Origin: a virus | Lineage: Duplodnaviria; Caudoviricetes | Virus record (IMG/VR): IMGVR_UViG_3300020125_000256 | Coordinates: 1 to 51,796 of that record | Strand: one strand, 5' to 3' | DNA: 51,796 nucleotides | Part shown: piece by piece, positions 25,522-35,159 of the stretch | Layout: each line of letters starts with the position of its first letter | How positions within the stretch are numbered: position 1 is the stretch's first letter | The notes under the pieces: generated by a model | What the model was told of the DNA's origin: nothing | What the model saw: the letters and a program-made list of their open reading frames with translations, nothing else | Databases searched by the model: none | Made by a program: the position numbers and the translations under genes

Positions 25522-26658
25522 TCAGAAGTACGTCCAGGCGACATAGCAGCGTAGGACCACGTCTTTGTCCGGCAGGAATATCGTCTTGCTCGTGATAAAG
25601 ATTTCTCCGCTCGTCCCCGTGGTCACAGTGCAATTGACAGTATCCGTGCCGGACAGTCCAACGCTATTGCCGAAGCTGTCGTCGAATCTCAGGGCAGTAC
25701 CAACAAGCGTTGTGCTCCATGTACCATCAGCCACTTCACCCTCTCCGGGGATTGTGCCAGATGGCGTATTTGGTCCAGGCGGGCTAACGGACCAGGGCGG
25801 TATGATCTCGAAGCTGCCGAAGGACGTGGTGTGCTCGGGAATGTCCGGGACCGTGATGCCGATACGCCGCAGAGTCGTCCGCACGGTAATGCTCAGGCCG
25901 TTGCACGCCAGAGTTCCGCCACCGCCTTCGTCGGGAACCGGCGGGCTGGGCGCCTTACCGTCCCAGGTTATCGTGACGACATTGCTCATGATGCCGTCGC
26001 TGGTCGCCTTGGCCTGGTACGTGACTGTCTCATTCACGTCATCGGCGACGCTCCAGGTAGCATTGCCATTGGGCGGGGAACTGATGTCCGTGACGGTGAT
26101 GGCGTGGATGTTGTCCCCGATCCGCCCCGAGGGGTTGGTGAAGAGGACAATGTCCTCGCCGCCAACGGTCGCCCCATTTCCGTCCTTGAGCGTGGCGACA
26201 AGGGTGTACTGGCTGCCGTCGCGATGGAGGGCCAGTTTCAGGGTGCGGGTTCCGGTTTTTGCTGACTGGAATCCATAGCCGACAGTGTTATCGAAGTAGG
26301 TAAGGTAAGTACCCACTCCGCCGACAATGTCCACGTATTTGAGATCGAACAGAAGTTGCCCGATATCACCAAGCTCGATGGTGTCGAAGTTAGCTCCCAG
26401 GGCGGCTCCATCGGTGATGGTGATAGTGTCAAGGAGTTGGATTTCATGAAAGCCACTCACCTGCATGTTGAGGTATTTGGTAATCCCCGGACGCTGTCCG
26501 CCCCGGCCCCGTTTGGTTAGCATTTCATAGGCACGGACATTGTCCCCGATAGGCGTGGTCCCAGGCGGCTGCTCCTCCTGCAAATGGGCAACGTCGATTC
26601 CCTTGGTGGGGAAAAGCTGCTGCACCAGTTGCTCATCGGCTGGGATAGCCTTGGCCAT
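25522..26658 (-). CDS. Tail-associated protein with nozzle-like N-terminus and Ig-like domain
   Basis: N-terminal ~65 aa resemble the nozzle N-terminus; VATLKDGNG...VTYQA Ig (Big_1-like) segment. Confidence 0.6.
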   Translation of the reverse strand: MAKAIPADEQLVQQLFPTKGIDVAHLQEEQPPGTTPIGDNVRAYEMLTKRGRGGQRPGITKYLNMQVSGFHEIQLLDTITITDGAALGANFDTIELGDIGQLLFDLKYVDIVGGVGTYLTYFDNTVGYGFQSAKTGTRTLKLALHRDGSQYTLVATLKDGNGATVGGEDIVLFTNPSGRIGDNIHAITVTDISSPPNGNATWSVADDVNETVTYQAKATSDGIMSNVVTITWDGKAPSPPVPDEGGGGTLACNGLSITVRTTLRRIGITVPDIPEHTTSFGSFEIIPPWSVSPPGPNTPSGTIPGEGEVADGTWSTTLVGTALRFDDSFGNSVGLSGTDTVNCTVTTGTSGEIFITSKTIFLPDKDVVLRCYVAWTYF

Positions 26659-27164
26659 TAAACACCCAAATCAAGAACCACGTACACCACATTTACCGTC
26701 AGCACGTTGTTGGCATGACCATCGTGGTAATCGCCGTTGATGCCGTTGTAGGCACCTATTGCCAACGCTTTGTTTGTAGGAGTCTGGGCCTCCGATGTAA
26801 CATATGCAGAAGTTTCACCCACATCGGTTAGTTGGACGATACTCATCAAAGCGGCTGTGGAAAATCCAGCGGCAAGGAATTGGGAGACTTTGCTAGAAAC
26901 GCCGCTTTCTTGCAAAGTAGCCATGTAGGAGTTGCCATCGGTATCACTTACATACATCGTCCCTGCCGCGAGAATGTTTGTGTAATCAGCTACCCAGTGC
27001 AGCTTTAACGAGATGGCCAGTGGCACAATGATTTTTCCAGAGCCCTGTGCAGGCACCAGTTCTACCAATCCTCCTGGAAATGTTGGCAAATGCAGGATTT
27101 GGGCGTTGTTTAGAACCTGCCGGGCTACGCGGACCGTATTCTGAGGAAATACCGAGATCGCCAC
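26658..27164 (-). CDS. Putative structural protein
   Basis: ORF coupled to neighbours; LVELVPAQGSGKIIVP beta-rich pattern. Confidence 0.6.
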   Translation of the reverse strand: MAISVFPQNTVRVARQVLNNAQILHLPTFPGGLVELVPAQGSGKIIVPLAISLKLHWVADYTNILAAGTMYVSDTDGNSYMATLQESGVSSKVSQFLAAGFSTAALMSIVQLTDVGETSAYVTSEAQTPTNKALAIGAYNGINGDYHDGHANNVLTVNVVYVVLDLGV

Positions 27165-27165
27165 A

Positions 27166-27762
27166 TTAGTCCTCCACAATCGAACTCGCTGTGGTCAGAA
27201 TCGGGGTGATGCCCGAGCCGCAGACGATATTTGGGGTCACCGTGCCGTTGTAAAGCCGGTGTCCCGTGCTCGTCTGGGCTGTGCCAATTGACCCATGCGT
27301 CGCCGTTCCCGAGCCACCGCCGCCCGTGGGGAACGTGATGGCGGCAACGGGAGTAACCGTGCTGGCGCTCACACTCCAGCCGGAACCCGAACGGGCCACG
27401 GAGACACGCCCATAGGACGTATAGCCGATCTCGCTCGTCGTCTGGTCTCCCGTCTCGCCCGGATCGGCGGTATGCAGAGCACACCAGAAGACGCCCGGCG
27501 TCGAGGAACCCCGCAAGCCCGTCGCGTCGCCGATATTGGCGAAGTTGGTGTTGTTGAAGATTAAGAGGAGCAACCCGTTCTCCATCTCATCGGTCTTGGA
27601 GAAGTAGACGGGCGGCGTCCAGCCGGTATCTTTGGCGAACCGGTACGCCTCGTTGACCGCTCGCCGGAAGGGACTCTTCGGATTGAAGAACCGCAACCGG
27701 TCCAGGGTGATCGTCTGGAGCGTGCCCAGACGCATTTCTGCTTTAACTTTCTTTCGAGCCAT
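27166..27762 (-). CDS. Phage tail-fibre-associated protein
   Basis: ENGLLLLIFNN.., ALHTADPGE, YTSYGRVSV, ITFP motifs of a widespread phage tail family. Confidence 0.75.
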   Translation of the reverse strand: MARKKVKAEMRLGTLQTITLDRLRFFNPKSPFRRAVNEAYRFAKDTGWTPPVYFSKTDEMENGLLLLIFNNTNFANIGDATGLRGSSTPGVFWCALHTADPGETGDQTTSEIGYTSYGRVSVARSGSGWSVSASTVTPVAAITFPTGGGGSGTATHGSIGTAQTSTGHRLYNGTVTPNIVCGSGITPILTTASSIVED

Positions 27763-27773
27763 CGGACTCTCCT

Positions 27774-29618
27774 TTACATTCCAAATCTTCCCAGTTTGCG
27801 TCGCCAGCCCCGTGCGAAGCGACGTTTGAGAAATCTCATCGGTGTTCCACCCAACACAACCGGCGGCGGGATAATAATCGGCCCCTTGAAGGCATATGGC
27901 CGCCAGCCACCCACAACCGGCGTTGGCCCCTCTCCCACAAAGTCTACCACCGTAGTACCCGTTATCGTCAGCACCGATTCCTTCGTAGTTGTGCTAACGA
28001 AGGCCACCGTGCTCAGGTCAATGACATGGAGTACCCCTTCATCCTGGAGCGTGGCCGCCCCGACAAAGAGAACGGTACTACTTCCCGTGATGGCCAGAAC
28101 AGAGGCAGCCGTTGAAGCGGCGACGAAGGCGACAGTTGACGCACCTGTAATGGCCAGAGTCGAACCACTTCCACTTGCCCCGACAAAGGCGACCGTTGCC
28201 GTGCCCGAGATATCAAGATGGGCCGGGAAGGTGGTCTGACCCACGAAGGCAGCCGAACCGGTCCCCGAAATAGCCAAGACGGAATTGGGTTGGAGGACAG
28301 CGGCGGTGACGACCCAGAAGGCGGTGTCGATGAACTTCCAGTCGGCCGAGGTTGTCCCACCGGCAGCGTTCGTGATGTCCCCCAGCGTGATGACGCTGAT
28401 GCCCATGGACTGCTGGGACAGTCCGGGCAGGCTGGCCTTGTTACTCCAGCCACTCTTGTAGCCGATGGTGTTCTGGTAATCGTTCCCGGTCCCCAGGCTG
28501 ATGTCCTCGCCCATGACAGCGATGACGAGGCCGTTGGCGATACTAGTCAAGCTGCCCGAGGTCGGAGTGCTCGTAACACCGCTGTTGTTCGCCGCGGTCA
28601 GAAGGACGTTGCTGGCACCCGAATACTCAAGAACCACCGCACTGACGTAGACGTTGGCGTCGGGCGTAACGGTGACGATATGTCCGCTGCCGCCGTTGGT
28701 GTTGACGCACTGATAGATGGCCACCCGTAGGCCCGAACCGCTAGTGGCGGACTCGGCAGTCAAAAGCTGCCAGGTGTTGCCCTTGTTATCGGTGACGGTG
28801 GCAGTCAAGGTGCCCGCCGAACCGCTTACCGTGCCGACGCAGCAAACCAGGAGATTGCCCGTTGTGGTGGCAAAGGGATAGTTGACGGTGAGTGCGGTGG
28901 AAACGTAGGTCGATGTCGTTGGCGAGACGTATTCGGCATAACCAGCCTTTTGAACGAGTTGGATGCCGGCTGTGGGCGTCACGGTGGGCAACATGCCAAA
29001 TGACACACCCGTCTGGGTCACTGCCGAGGCAAAGGTGAAAGGCGTGTCCGTGTCGCCCGAGACGCCCAGCTTGTCTTGGGTGAACAGCGTCATGGCACTG
29101 GACGAGTTAGGCTGATCGACCCGCTTGGTAAAGCCAGTCCCGGCAGTGCCGGCGATCGTCCCGGCCGGCTGGGTGTAGGCGGCGAAGATGGCCACGCCGC
29201 TGTTGTTGGTGTAAACCTGACCGGCCGTGCAAGCCGTGACGCTAGTTTGATGGCGGCTGGACCAGGATTCGATGGGGGTTATCGCATCAACGCCCGAGTA
29301 TTCATGAATACCCAGGCCCATGTAGACGCTGGTGCCGTTGGGATCGACCGATACCGTGCAGGCCCCGGCGATAGCGATGCGGACAATGAACAGGTGAATG
29401 CGGGCTGTACCGACCTGCTGGGGAGGATAGACGGTGAACTGTTCGTATTCGTTGCCCAGGCCATCGGTGACGGTCAGGACGGGAATGGCGCCGCTGAAAG
29501 TAGAAACGGCGACGACGAGAAAGTTGCCGACAGTGACGTTCGAGTCGAAAGCAAGGGTGCGTGCGGAGGTACTGTTATTGAACCCTTGCCCCTTCGATTG
29601 CACGAACGCAATGCTCAT
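27774..29618 (-). CDS. Tail fibre/adhesin-like protein with two related beta-sandwich domains and C-terminal short repeats
   Basis: Duplicated I.xVQ...TxGNxLVV...VTD.xGN...EYSG units. Confidence 0.7.
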   Translation of the reverse strand: MSIAFVQSKGQGFNNSTSARTLAFDSNVTVGNFLVVAVSTFSGAIPVLTVTDGLGNEYEQFTVYPPQQVGTARIHLFIVRIAIAGACTVSVDPNGTSVYMGLGIHEYSGVDAITPIESWSSRHQTSVTACTAGQVYTNNSGVAIFAAYTQPAGTIAGTAGTGFTKRVDQPNSSSAMTLFTQDKLGVSGDTDTPFTFASAVTQTGVSFGMLPTVTPTAGIQLVQKAGYAEYVSPTTSTYVSTALTVNYPFATTTGNLLVCCVGTVSGSAGTLTATVTDNKGNTWQLLTAESATSGSGLRVAIYQCVNTNGGSGHIVTVTPDANVYVSAVVLEYSGASNVLLTAANNSGVTSTPTSGSLTSIANGLVIAVMGEDISLGTGNDYQNTIGYKSGWSNKASLPGLSQQSMGISVITLGDITNAAGGTTSADWKFIDTAFWVVTAAVLQPNSVLAISGTGSAAFVGQTTFPAHLDISGTATVAFVGASGSGSTLAITGASTVAFVAASTAASVLAITGSSTVLFVGAATLQDEGVLHVIDLSTVAFVSTTTKESVLTITGTTVVDFVGEGPTPVVGGWRPYAFKGPIIIPPPVVLGGTPMRFLKRRFARGWRRKLGRFGM

Positions 29619-31609
29619 GACTGAAATCCAGTGAACGAACTACTCACCAGAATGACCGTATAGCCGGTGATGTCCTGGGCCTTGGAACCGGCGAACGTCC
29701 CGGTCCCTAGGCTAAACGTCGTGTTGTACATCGCTATTTGGCCGGACGTGCCGCTATGTGTGCCAGGTGGCACGTAATCGGCAAGGCCAATCGGTGCATC
29801 GGTAAAGCTGCAATGATCGAATATGGCGCCCGTATAGGATCCAAGCGCCGCCCAGTCAGCAACGATAAGGCCGGTGCAAGTCAGGTTGCGGTAAATGGAG
29901 CCTATGTTGGTCGTCCCGTTGAAGGCCGCTCTTTGAGCCGTGACGAGCGTGCTGTCCTCAATCAAGTTGTGCATGGAATAAAAGCGTTCCGAGATGATGC
30001 CATGCCTTGTGTCCGTGACAGCATTGTTTCTGACCCAGTTGGCGGCATTTATCATGAAGAACTCAACGCCCACCGAGGCGGTGCCGTACTGGTTATTGCC
30101 GTCCAGCGTATTGTTCTCGATCACCCATTCTGTTGTGACATCGCCAAAAACGATGGTGCTCGTGGAATCGACATCCACACGCCATTTCCTGTCCAGGGTG
30201 ACATCGTTTCCCGACTTGCTTACCGTGCGTGCCCATTGGCCGATCCCCTTGCCCGCAACCACCAATAAGCCGGCACTTGGCCGAATGAGGGTAGCATCGG
30301 AGAACGTTACTATCGTGGCTGCTCCTGTTGAATTGGACAAAACCGCCTGACCGGTAAACTCGACGGTGCCGCCATCGGAGTTTATTTGTTCTCCCGAGTT
30401 GGCATTGCCGTCCGTATCGAGCGGAGACAGCTTAAAGGTCGTATTGTTTGCGATGTAAAAGTAGTAGGTGTTGAACTCGCCCGCGACAAATTTGCCGTTG
30501 CCGCGGGACACCGTTGGACTGACCTGTGCCAGTGCCGGTATGAGCAAGTTTGCCTTGGGCGTTCCTCGTCCCGTAACCAGATCGAAGCCAACGCCCGCGG
30601 ACCCTGATACGGTGCTGCCCGTCGTGATGTCGTGAAAATTGGTACTGGCCGAGGAGTAGATGCCTGGCAAGGTTCCCGATGGACCGTCAAGCACGCTTTT
30701 GCCGGCAGCCACCCGCAACTGATTGACAATGGCTATGAGCCCGGCCCATTGCGGAGTCCCGGCACTCGTGCCGCCCGCTCCCAGCCATCCCGAAAAGGGA
30801 GGCTCACTGTTGTAAACCGAAAACGTCTGGCCACCGACATAGGCCACGTCCGGGGTGCAACGTTTCGTACTGCTCTGGGTAACAATACCTGTTTGGTAGG
30901 TCGGCTGTGTTTCGTAAACGCTGATACCGCCGCCGCTGCTCGCCCAGCCGGTTTCACTGGACCAGTTCCCCGAGCCGTCCGTTGTGACTAGCGTTCCGCC
31001 CACTCCCAGCACTTTCGGTGAGACACTGGGCCAGGAGATCGTGCCATCATCGCCACTGGCGGCCACGAAGGTAACGCCCGGTCCTGGCCATTGTGTGTCC
31101 CAAAAGGAGGCTTCATTGAAGAACTCGTTGAAGTCCCAGGACATGCTGATGACCGAGGCCCCCGCACTGGCGGCGTAAATGATGCCGGCCATCAGGTCGG
31201 ATACGGTGAAAGTATCGCACTCGACCAGAAGGATATTGGCCCCTGGGGCAATGGCATGTGCCCATTGCACGTCCAGGCACATCTCTACCGTCGCACCCTG
31301 GTCATAAGCTGGATAGGCGGTGCCGCCACGCTGATCGACCTTGGTGAAAACGGGCGGGTCGGGTAGCCCAAAGAAAGCACTGAAGAATGCCAGATCGCTT
31401 TCCACGTTGCCATTGTCGCCGCCCGGAATGATGATGGCGATGGTTTGCCCTGTCCCGTCGCCGACTACCAGATCGAAGCCATACGCCTTTTTGATGTCAT
31501 CTGGAGCAAAGCCGGCTGGACCTGACGGGGGAGAGCCGAAAGTACCAGCCCTGGCATCGTCCTTTTTGACGATGAAGTGCGGGAATCGGAATTTGCTTGG
31601 CTCGTTCAT
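29615..31609 (-). CDS. S53 (sedolisin) peptidase fused to a C-terminal beta-helix
   Basis: EMCLDVQW (Glu/Asp), AASGDDG (oxyanion Asp), GGTSAGTP (Ser), GFDLVTGRGTP. Confidence 0.88.
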   Translation of the reverse strand: MNEPSKFRFPHFIVKKDDARAGTFGSPPSGPAGFAPDDIKKAYGFDLVVGDGTGQTIAIIIPGGDNGNVESDLAFFSAFFGLPDPPVFTKVDQRGGTAYPAYDQGATVEMCLDVQWAHAIAPGANILLVECDTFTVSDLMAGIIYAASAGASVISMSWDFNEFFNEASFWDTQWPGPGVTFVAASGDDGTISWPSVSPKVLGVGGTLVTTDGSGNWSSETGWASSGGGISVYETQPTYQTGIVTQSSTKRCTPDVAYVGGQTFSVYNSEPPFSGWLGAGGTSAGTPQWAGLIAIVNQLRVAAGKSVLDGPSGTLPGIYSSASTNFHDITTGSTVSGSAGVGFDLVTGRGTPKANLLIPALAQVSPTVSRGNGKFVAGEFNTYYFYIANNTTFKLSPLDTDGNANSGEQINSDGGTVEFTGQAVLSNSTGAATIVTFSDATLIRPSAGLLVVAGKGIGQWARTVSKSGNDVTLDRKWRVDVDSTSTIVFGDVTTEWVIENNTLDGNNQYGTASVGVEFFMINAANWVRNNAVTDTRHGIISERFYSMHNLIEDSTLVTAQRAAFNGTTNIGSIYRNLTCTGLIVADWAALGSYTGAIFDHCSFTDAPIGLADYVPPGTHSGTSGQIAMYNTTFSLGTGTFAGSKAQDITGYTVILVSSSFTGFQS

Positions 31610-31615
31610 TTTGCC

Positions 31616-34600
31616 TCACGCGGGAACCAAGTCCTGGCAGGTGCAGTTGGTGACAGACCAGCGTGCCGTGTTCCATATGAAAATAGACGCGGCAACGAAA
31701 TCAATATCGGTCATACGCAAGGTGCAGCCGTCCACGATGCCGCCTGGACCGCCGTTCGTGAACACTGCTTGCGGCGAGATGATCGTGCTGTTCAGCACGC
31801 ATCCAAACGGATGGTTGTTCGTGTAATCGACCGCTCCAACAGTCGGGGCAATAACCTTGGAGTTAACAATGCGGGCACTGCGTATGGCGCCCAGGGATGG
31901 AGCGAACCCCGTAACATCAACCGTCACGCCTTCCAGTTGGCCGTAGAGGAAGCCATCAAGCAGGAGGTTATCGGTGAACCCTGCCGTGGGCTTGATGAAG
32001 GTTACGTCAACTCCCTGCCCCTTGATCTTGATCGCCTTGCCGCCGCCGCCGACAAAGAGCAATTGCGAATCGAGGAGATACGTGCCGGCCTGGAGGTTCA
32101 GCGTTCCCGGTCCATTGTTGCCAATGGTCGTCAGGGCACTCGTGAATTTCGCCTTGTCGGTCAGGCCGCCGCCAGCAGGTGCGGCCAAGTTCTGAACGTT
32201 ATGGCTGTAATCGAGTCCAATCGCCTGGGCTGTCGTGATAGTCAAGGTGTCTCCGCAGAGAGACCAGCCGTATTGTCCTCCGTGACCGTTGTGGACCCAG
32301 ACCTGATAAATCCCAACAGGAAGATTGGGGATTGTGAACCGGACCCTGCCTGGAGCCACGCTGAGGTTGGTGCCTGTCGTATCAACGCACGTTGGCGTGC
32401 CTCCGAATGTCGGCACCAGCCAGACCCAGCATTTGGCGGCCGCCACATTGGAGAGGTTGATGCCGTGAACGTTGCAGATGTCTCCGGCAATGCCCGAACC
32501 CGGATAAGCCGTGGTCGTATTCAGCCATCTCGCCTCGGCCCGGTTGACGACAAATGGCTCACCCACCCCAATCGAGTTCTGCGGCCAGACCATGTACATG
32601 TCCGTCGCCGGCAAGCCGGATGGCAGGATCAGGCGAGCCATCTGATGTGCTACATCGACACTGCCGATAAAGACACCCTGGAGGACGGCACCATTGCGTC
32701 CCGAGGCCAGGAAAGTCGTATCGGCAGTAAACTTGTCTCCGAAGATAACGATGGCATCGCCATTGTCGGCCACGCGGAAGTTGCCCTCGGACCACCTGGG
32801 GGCGTTGGCGTTGACGGACACGGCACCCACCGGATAGTTGACCGCATCCATGCCGGCCAGGAGACCAACCCCCGAAGGTGGGGCCTGGAACTGAGGGGCC
32901 GGGAAGCTCGGCGGCGGCGGCGGTGCCGAGGTAACGGTGAACGTGATGCCGTTCGATGTTCCATTGGCGTTGGTGACGGTAATCTGGGCCGTGGTTGCAT
33001 TGACAAGCAAACTGCTCGGAATGACGGCACTCAAAGAAGTTGAGTTGATGAACGTCGTGGTGAGGAAGGTCGAGCCAAACTTGGCCGTGCTCGGGTTGAT
33101 GAAGCCTGTACCCGTGAGATTGATCGTCGTATTGCCCGAACCCGCCTGGACCGATTGGGGAGAAACAGTGGTCAAGGTCGGTACTGGTGGCGGCGGGGGC
33201 GGCGGTGCCGGCGTGATGGTGAAGGTGACTGCGTTGGAGACGCCGCTGGTGTTGGTGACGGTTATCGAGGCTGTGCCATCTGACACAAGCAGCGTACTCG
33301 GGATAACGGCACTCAGGGACGTTGACGTAATGAACGTCGTACTCAGGGACGTGGCATCAAACTTGGCCGTGCTGGGGTTAATAAACCCGGTGCCGGTCAG
33401 GGAGATTGTGGTGTTGCCCGTGCCCGCCTGTACCGACTGGGGAGAAACCGTTGTCAGCGTGGGAGCCGGTGGGGGTGGTGCCGTGATCGTGAAGGTAACG
33501 CCATTGGAGGTCCCGTTCGTGTTCTGCACCGTCACCGTAACGAGGCTGGCCGAGACAAGCAGCGTACTGGGGATGATTGCTGTCAGCGTGGTTGCGTCCA
33601 CAAAGGTCGTGGTCAGGGACGTGGCACCGAAGAAGATCGTGGTGGGGTTGATGAAGTTCGTGCCAACCACGGTCAGGGGCGTATTGATGCTGCCGGCCTG
33701 GGTCGAGGATGGAGTTAGCGTGGAGATACTCGGCAGTATGGGAGGCGGGGCGGCCGTGATGGTGAAGGTAATGGAGTTCGATGTCCCATTGGCGTTGGTC
33801 ACATGCACGCTCACTGTGCCATCTGACGCTAGCAAGGCACCGGAAATCGTGGCCGTGAGCGAGACTGAACTAACGAACGTCGTGGCAATGCTGTTGACGC
33901 CAAAGACCAGAGTGGTGGGGTTGATAAACCCGGTGCCACCGATTGTCACCGGCAAATTGCCGCCACCTGCCTGCACGGACGAAGGCACAATGCTTGTCAG
34001 ACCTGGCACTGGCGGCGGTGGCGACGTGATCGTGAACGTAATGGAGTTTGAGGATCCGTTGGCGTTCGAGACGCTGACGGTCACGCTGCCGGCGGCGACA
34101 AGCGCAGTCGATGGGATGGTCGCCGTGAGCGAGGTGGAGTTGACAAATACCGTGGATAGATGGCTACTGCCGAATATCAGAGTCGTTGGATTGATGAAGT
34201 CCGTGCCGGTAAGTGTGACCGGCAAATTGCCACTCCCGGCCTGCACCGATGATGGTGCCATGCCGGTTAGCGTTGGTACGGGTGCTGGCGGTGGCGGCGT
34301 GACAATCGAGAATGCCAGCGAATTGGACGTGCCATTGGCGTTGGTCACAAAGCAAGGAACATTGCCACCGGTCGCGAGCAGCGTCGAGGGAATCGTGGCC
34401 GTCAGAGACGTGATGCTGCCGAAAACTGTCGAGAGGTTATTGCCGCCAAAAACAAACGTTGTCGGGTTGACGAAGTTGGTCCCGGTGAGCGTAATGGGCA
34501 GATTGCCGCTGCCGGCCGAGGCGGAAGACGGGGCCATGCTTGTCAGGGTAGGCGTTGGCGGTGGTGGATTGGTGCCTACCAGGAAAGTGAAAGGATTGGA

Positions 34601-35155
34601 GGTCCCCCCTCCCGGAGTGGGATTGATGACGGTAATGAACTCCGTCCCGCCCGTCTGCATTGCTATTTGCGGAATGGTGGCGGTAAGCGTCTGCTGATCG
34701 ACAAACGTGCTGAGGATCGTCACGCCGTTGAGTTGTACAACGCTGACGGAGCGGTAATTCGTCCCCGTGATCGTGATAGGCGTGTCTTCCGATCCCTGCT
34801 GGACAGTGCTTGGATTGACATCCGTTATCGTTGGCACCGGCCATTGCACGGTGATCGTCAGGGCGTTGGAGCTCGGCCCGCCCGGAGGACGAAAGACGGT
34901 CACGCCCAGGCTGGTGGGCGTGGCAAAAACGGCCGCGGGAACCAGGGCACACAGCTTGGTAGAGTTCGTGAAAGTGGTGGTGTAGGCTGTGCCACCGACC
35001 TTGATGATATCGCCCAGAACAAAGTTCTGGCCGACGACGTGGACCCACACGTCTGTCAAGATCTCCGCCGGCACTACGGTGGGTGTAATCGAATTGATGA
35101 AGGGGGGCGGTGTGGGTGCGGCGGTTGCGGGCGCCCTGGAGGGAAGTGGAAGCAC
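31616..35155 (-). CDS. IPT/TIG-repeat virion adhesin with pectate-lyase-like beta-helix C-terminus
   Basis: Eight ~90 aa PTLTxxxPxS..ITxTGTxF..SNxxTFTI repeats; GGGLTDKAKFTSAL..LQAGTYLL..IKGQG beta-helix start. Confidence 0.85.
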   Translation of the reverse strand: MLPLPSRAPATAAPTPPPFINSITPTVVPAEILTDVWVHVVGQNFVLGDIIKVGGTAYTTTFTNSTKLCALVPAAVFATPTSLGVTVFRPPGGPSSNALTITVQWPVPTITDVNPSTVQQGSEDTPITITGTNYRSVSVVQLNGVTILSTFVDQQTLTATIPQIAMQTGGTEFITVINPTPGGGTSNPFTFLVGTNPPPPTPTLTSMAPSSASAGSGNLPITLTGTNFVNPTTFVFGGNNLSTVFGSITSLTATIPSTLLATGGNVPCFVTNANGTSNSLAFSIVTPPPPAPVPTLTGMAPSSVQAGSGNLPVTLTGTDFINPTTLIFGSSHLSTVFVNSTSLTATIPSTALVAAGSVTVSVSNANGSSNSITFTITSPPPPVPGLTSIVPSSVQAGGGNLPVTIGGTGFINPTTLVFGVNSIATTFVSSVSLTATISGALLASDGTVSVHVTNANGTSNSITFTITAAPPPILPSISTLTPSSTQAGSINTPLTVVGTNFINPTTIFFGATSLTTTFVDATTLTAIIPSTLLVSASLVTVTVQNTNGTSNGVTFTITAPPPPAPTLTTVSPQSVQAGTGNTTISLTGTGFINPSTAKFDATSLSTTFITSTSLSAVIPSTLLVSDGTASITVTNTSGVSNAVTFTITPAPPPPPPPVPTLTTVSPQSVQAGSGNTTINLTGTGFINPSTAKFGSTFLTTTFINSTSLSAVIPSSLLVNATTAQITVTNANGTSNGITFTVTSAPPPPPSFPAPQFQAPPSGVGLLAGMDAVNYPVGAVSVNANAPRWSEGNFRVADNGDAIVIFGDKFTADTTFLASGRNGAVLQGVFIGSVDVAHQMARLILPSGLPATDMYMVWPQNSIGVGEPFVVNRAEARWLNTTTAYPGSGIAGDICNVHGINLSNVAAAKCWVWLVPTFGGTPTCVDTTGTNLSVAPGRVRFTIPNLPVGIYQVWVHNGHGGQYGWSLCGDTLTITTAQAIGLDYSHNVQNLAAPAGGGLTDKAKFTSALTTIGNNGPGTLNLQAGTYLLDSQLLFVGGGGKAIKIKGQGVDVTFIKPTAGFTDNLLLDGFLYGQLEGVTVDVTGFAPSLGAIRSARIVNSKVIAPTVGAVDYTNNHPFGCVLNSTIISPQAVFTNGGPGGIVDGCTLRMTDIDFVAASIFIWNTARWSVTNCTCQDLVPA
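32930..35110 (-). repeat. Eight tandem IPT/TIG domain repeats with poly-Pro linkers
   Basis: Repeated units in the translation; the last two are the most similar (both begin PTLTTVSPQSVQAG). Confidence 0.85.
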
Positions 35156-35159
35156 ATTT

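Noticed and set aside
32937-34697. Long + strand ORF (586 aa), and similar ones such as 15188-16939, 31577-33043 and 49398-50567
   Set aside because: Antisense shadows of well-supported - strand genes in GC-rich DNA; no motifs of their own.
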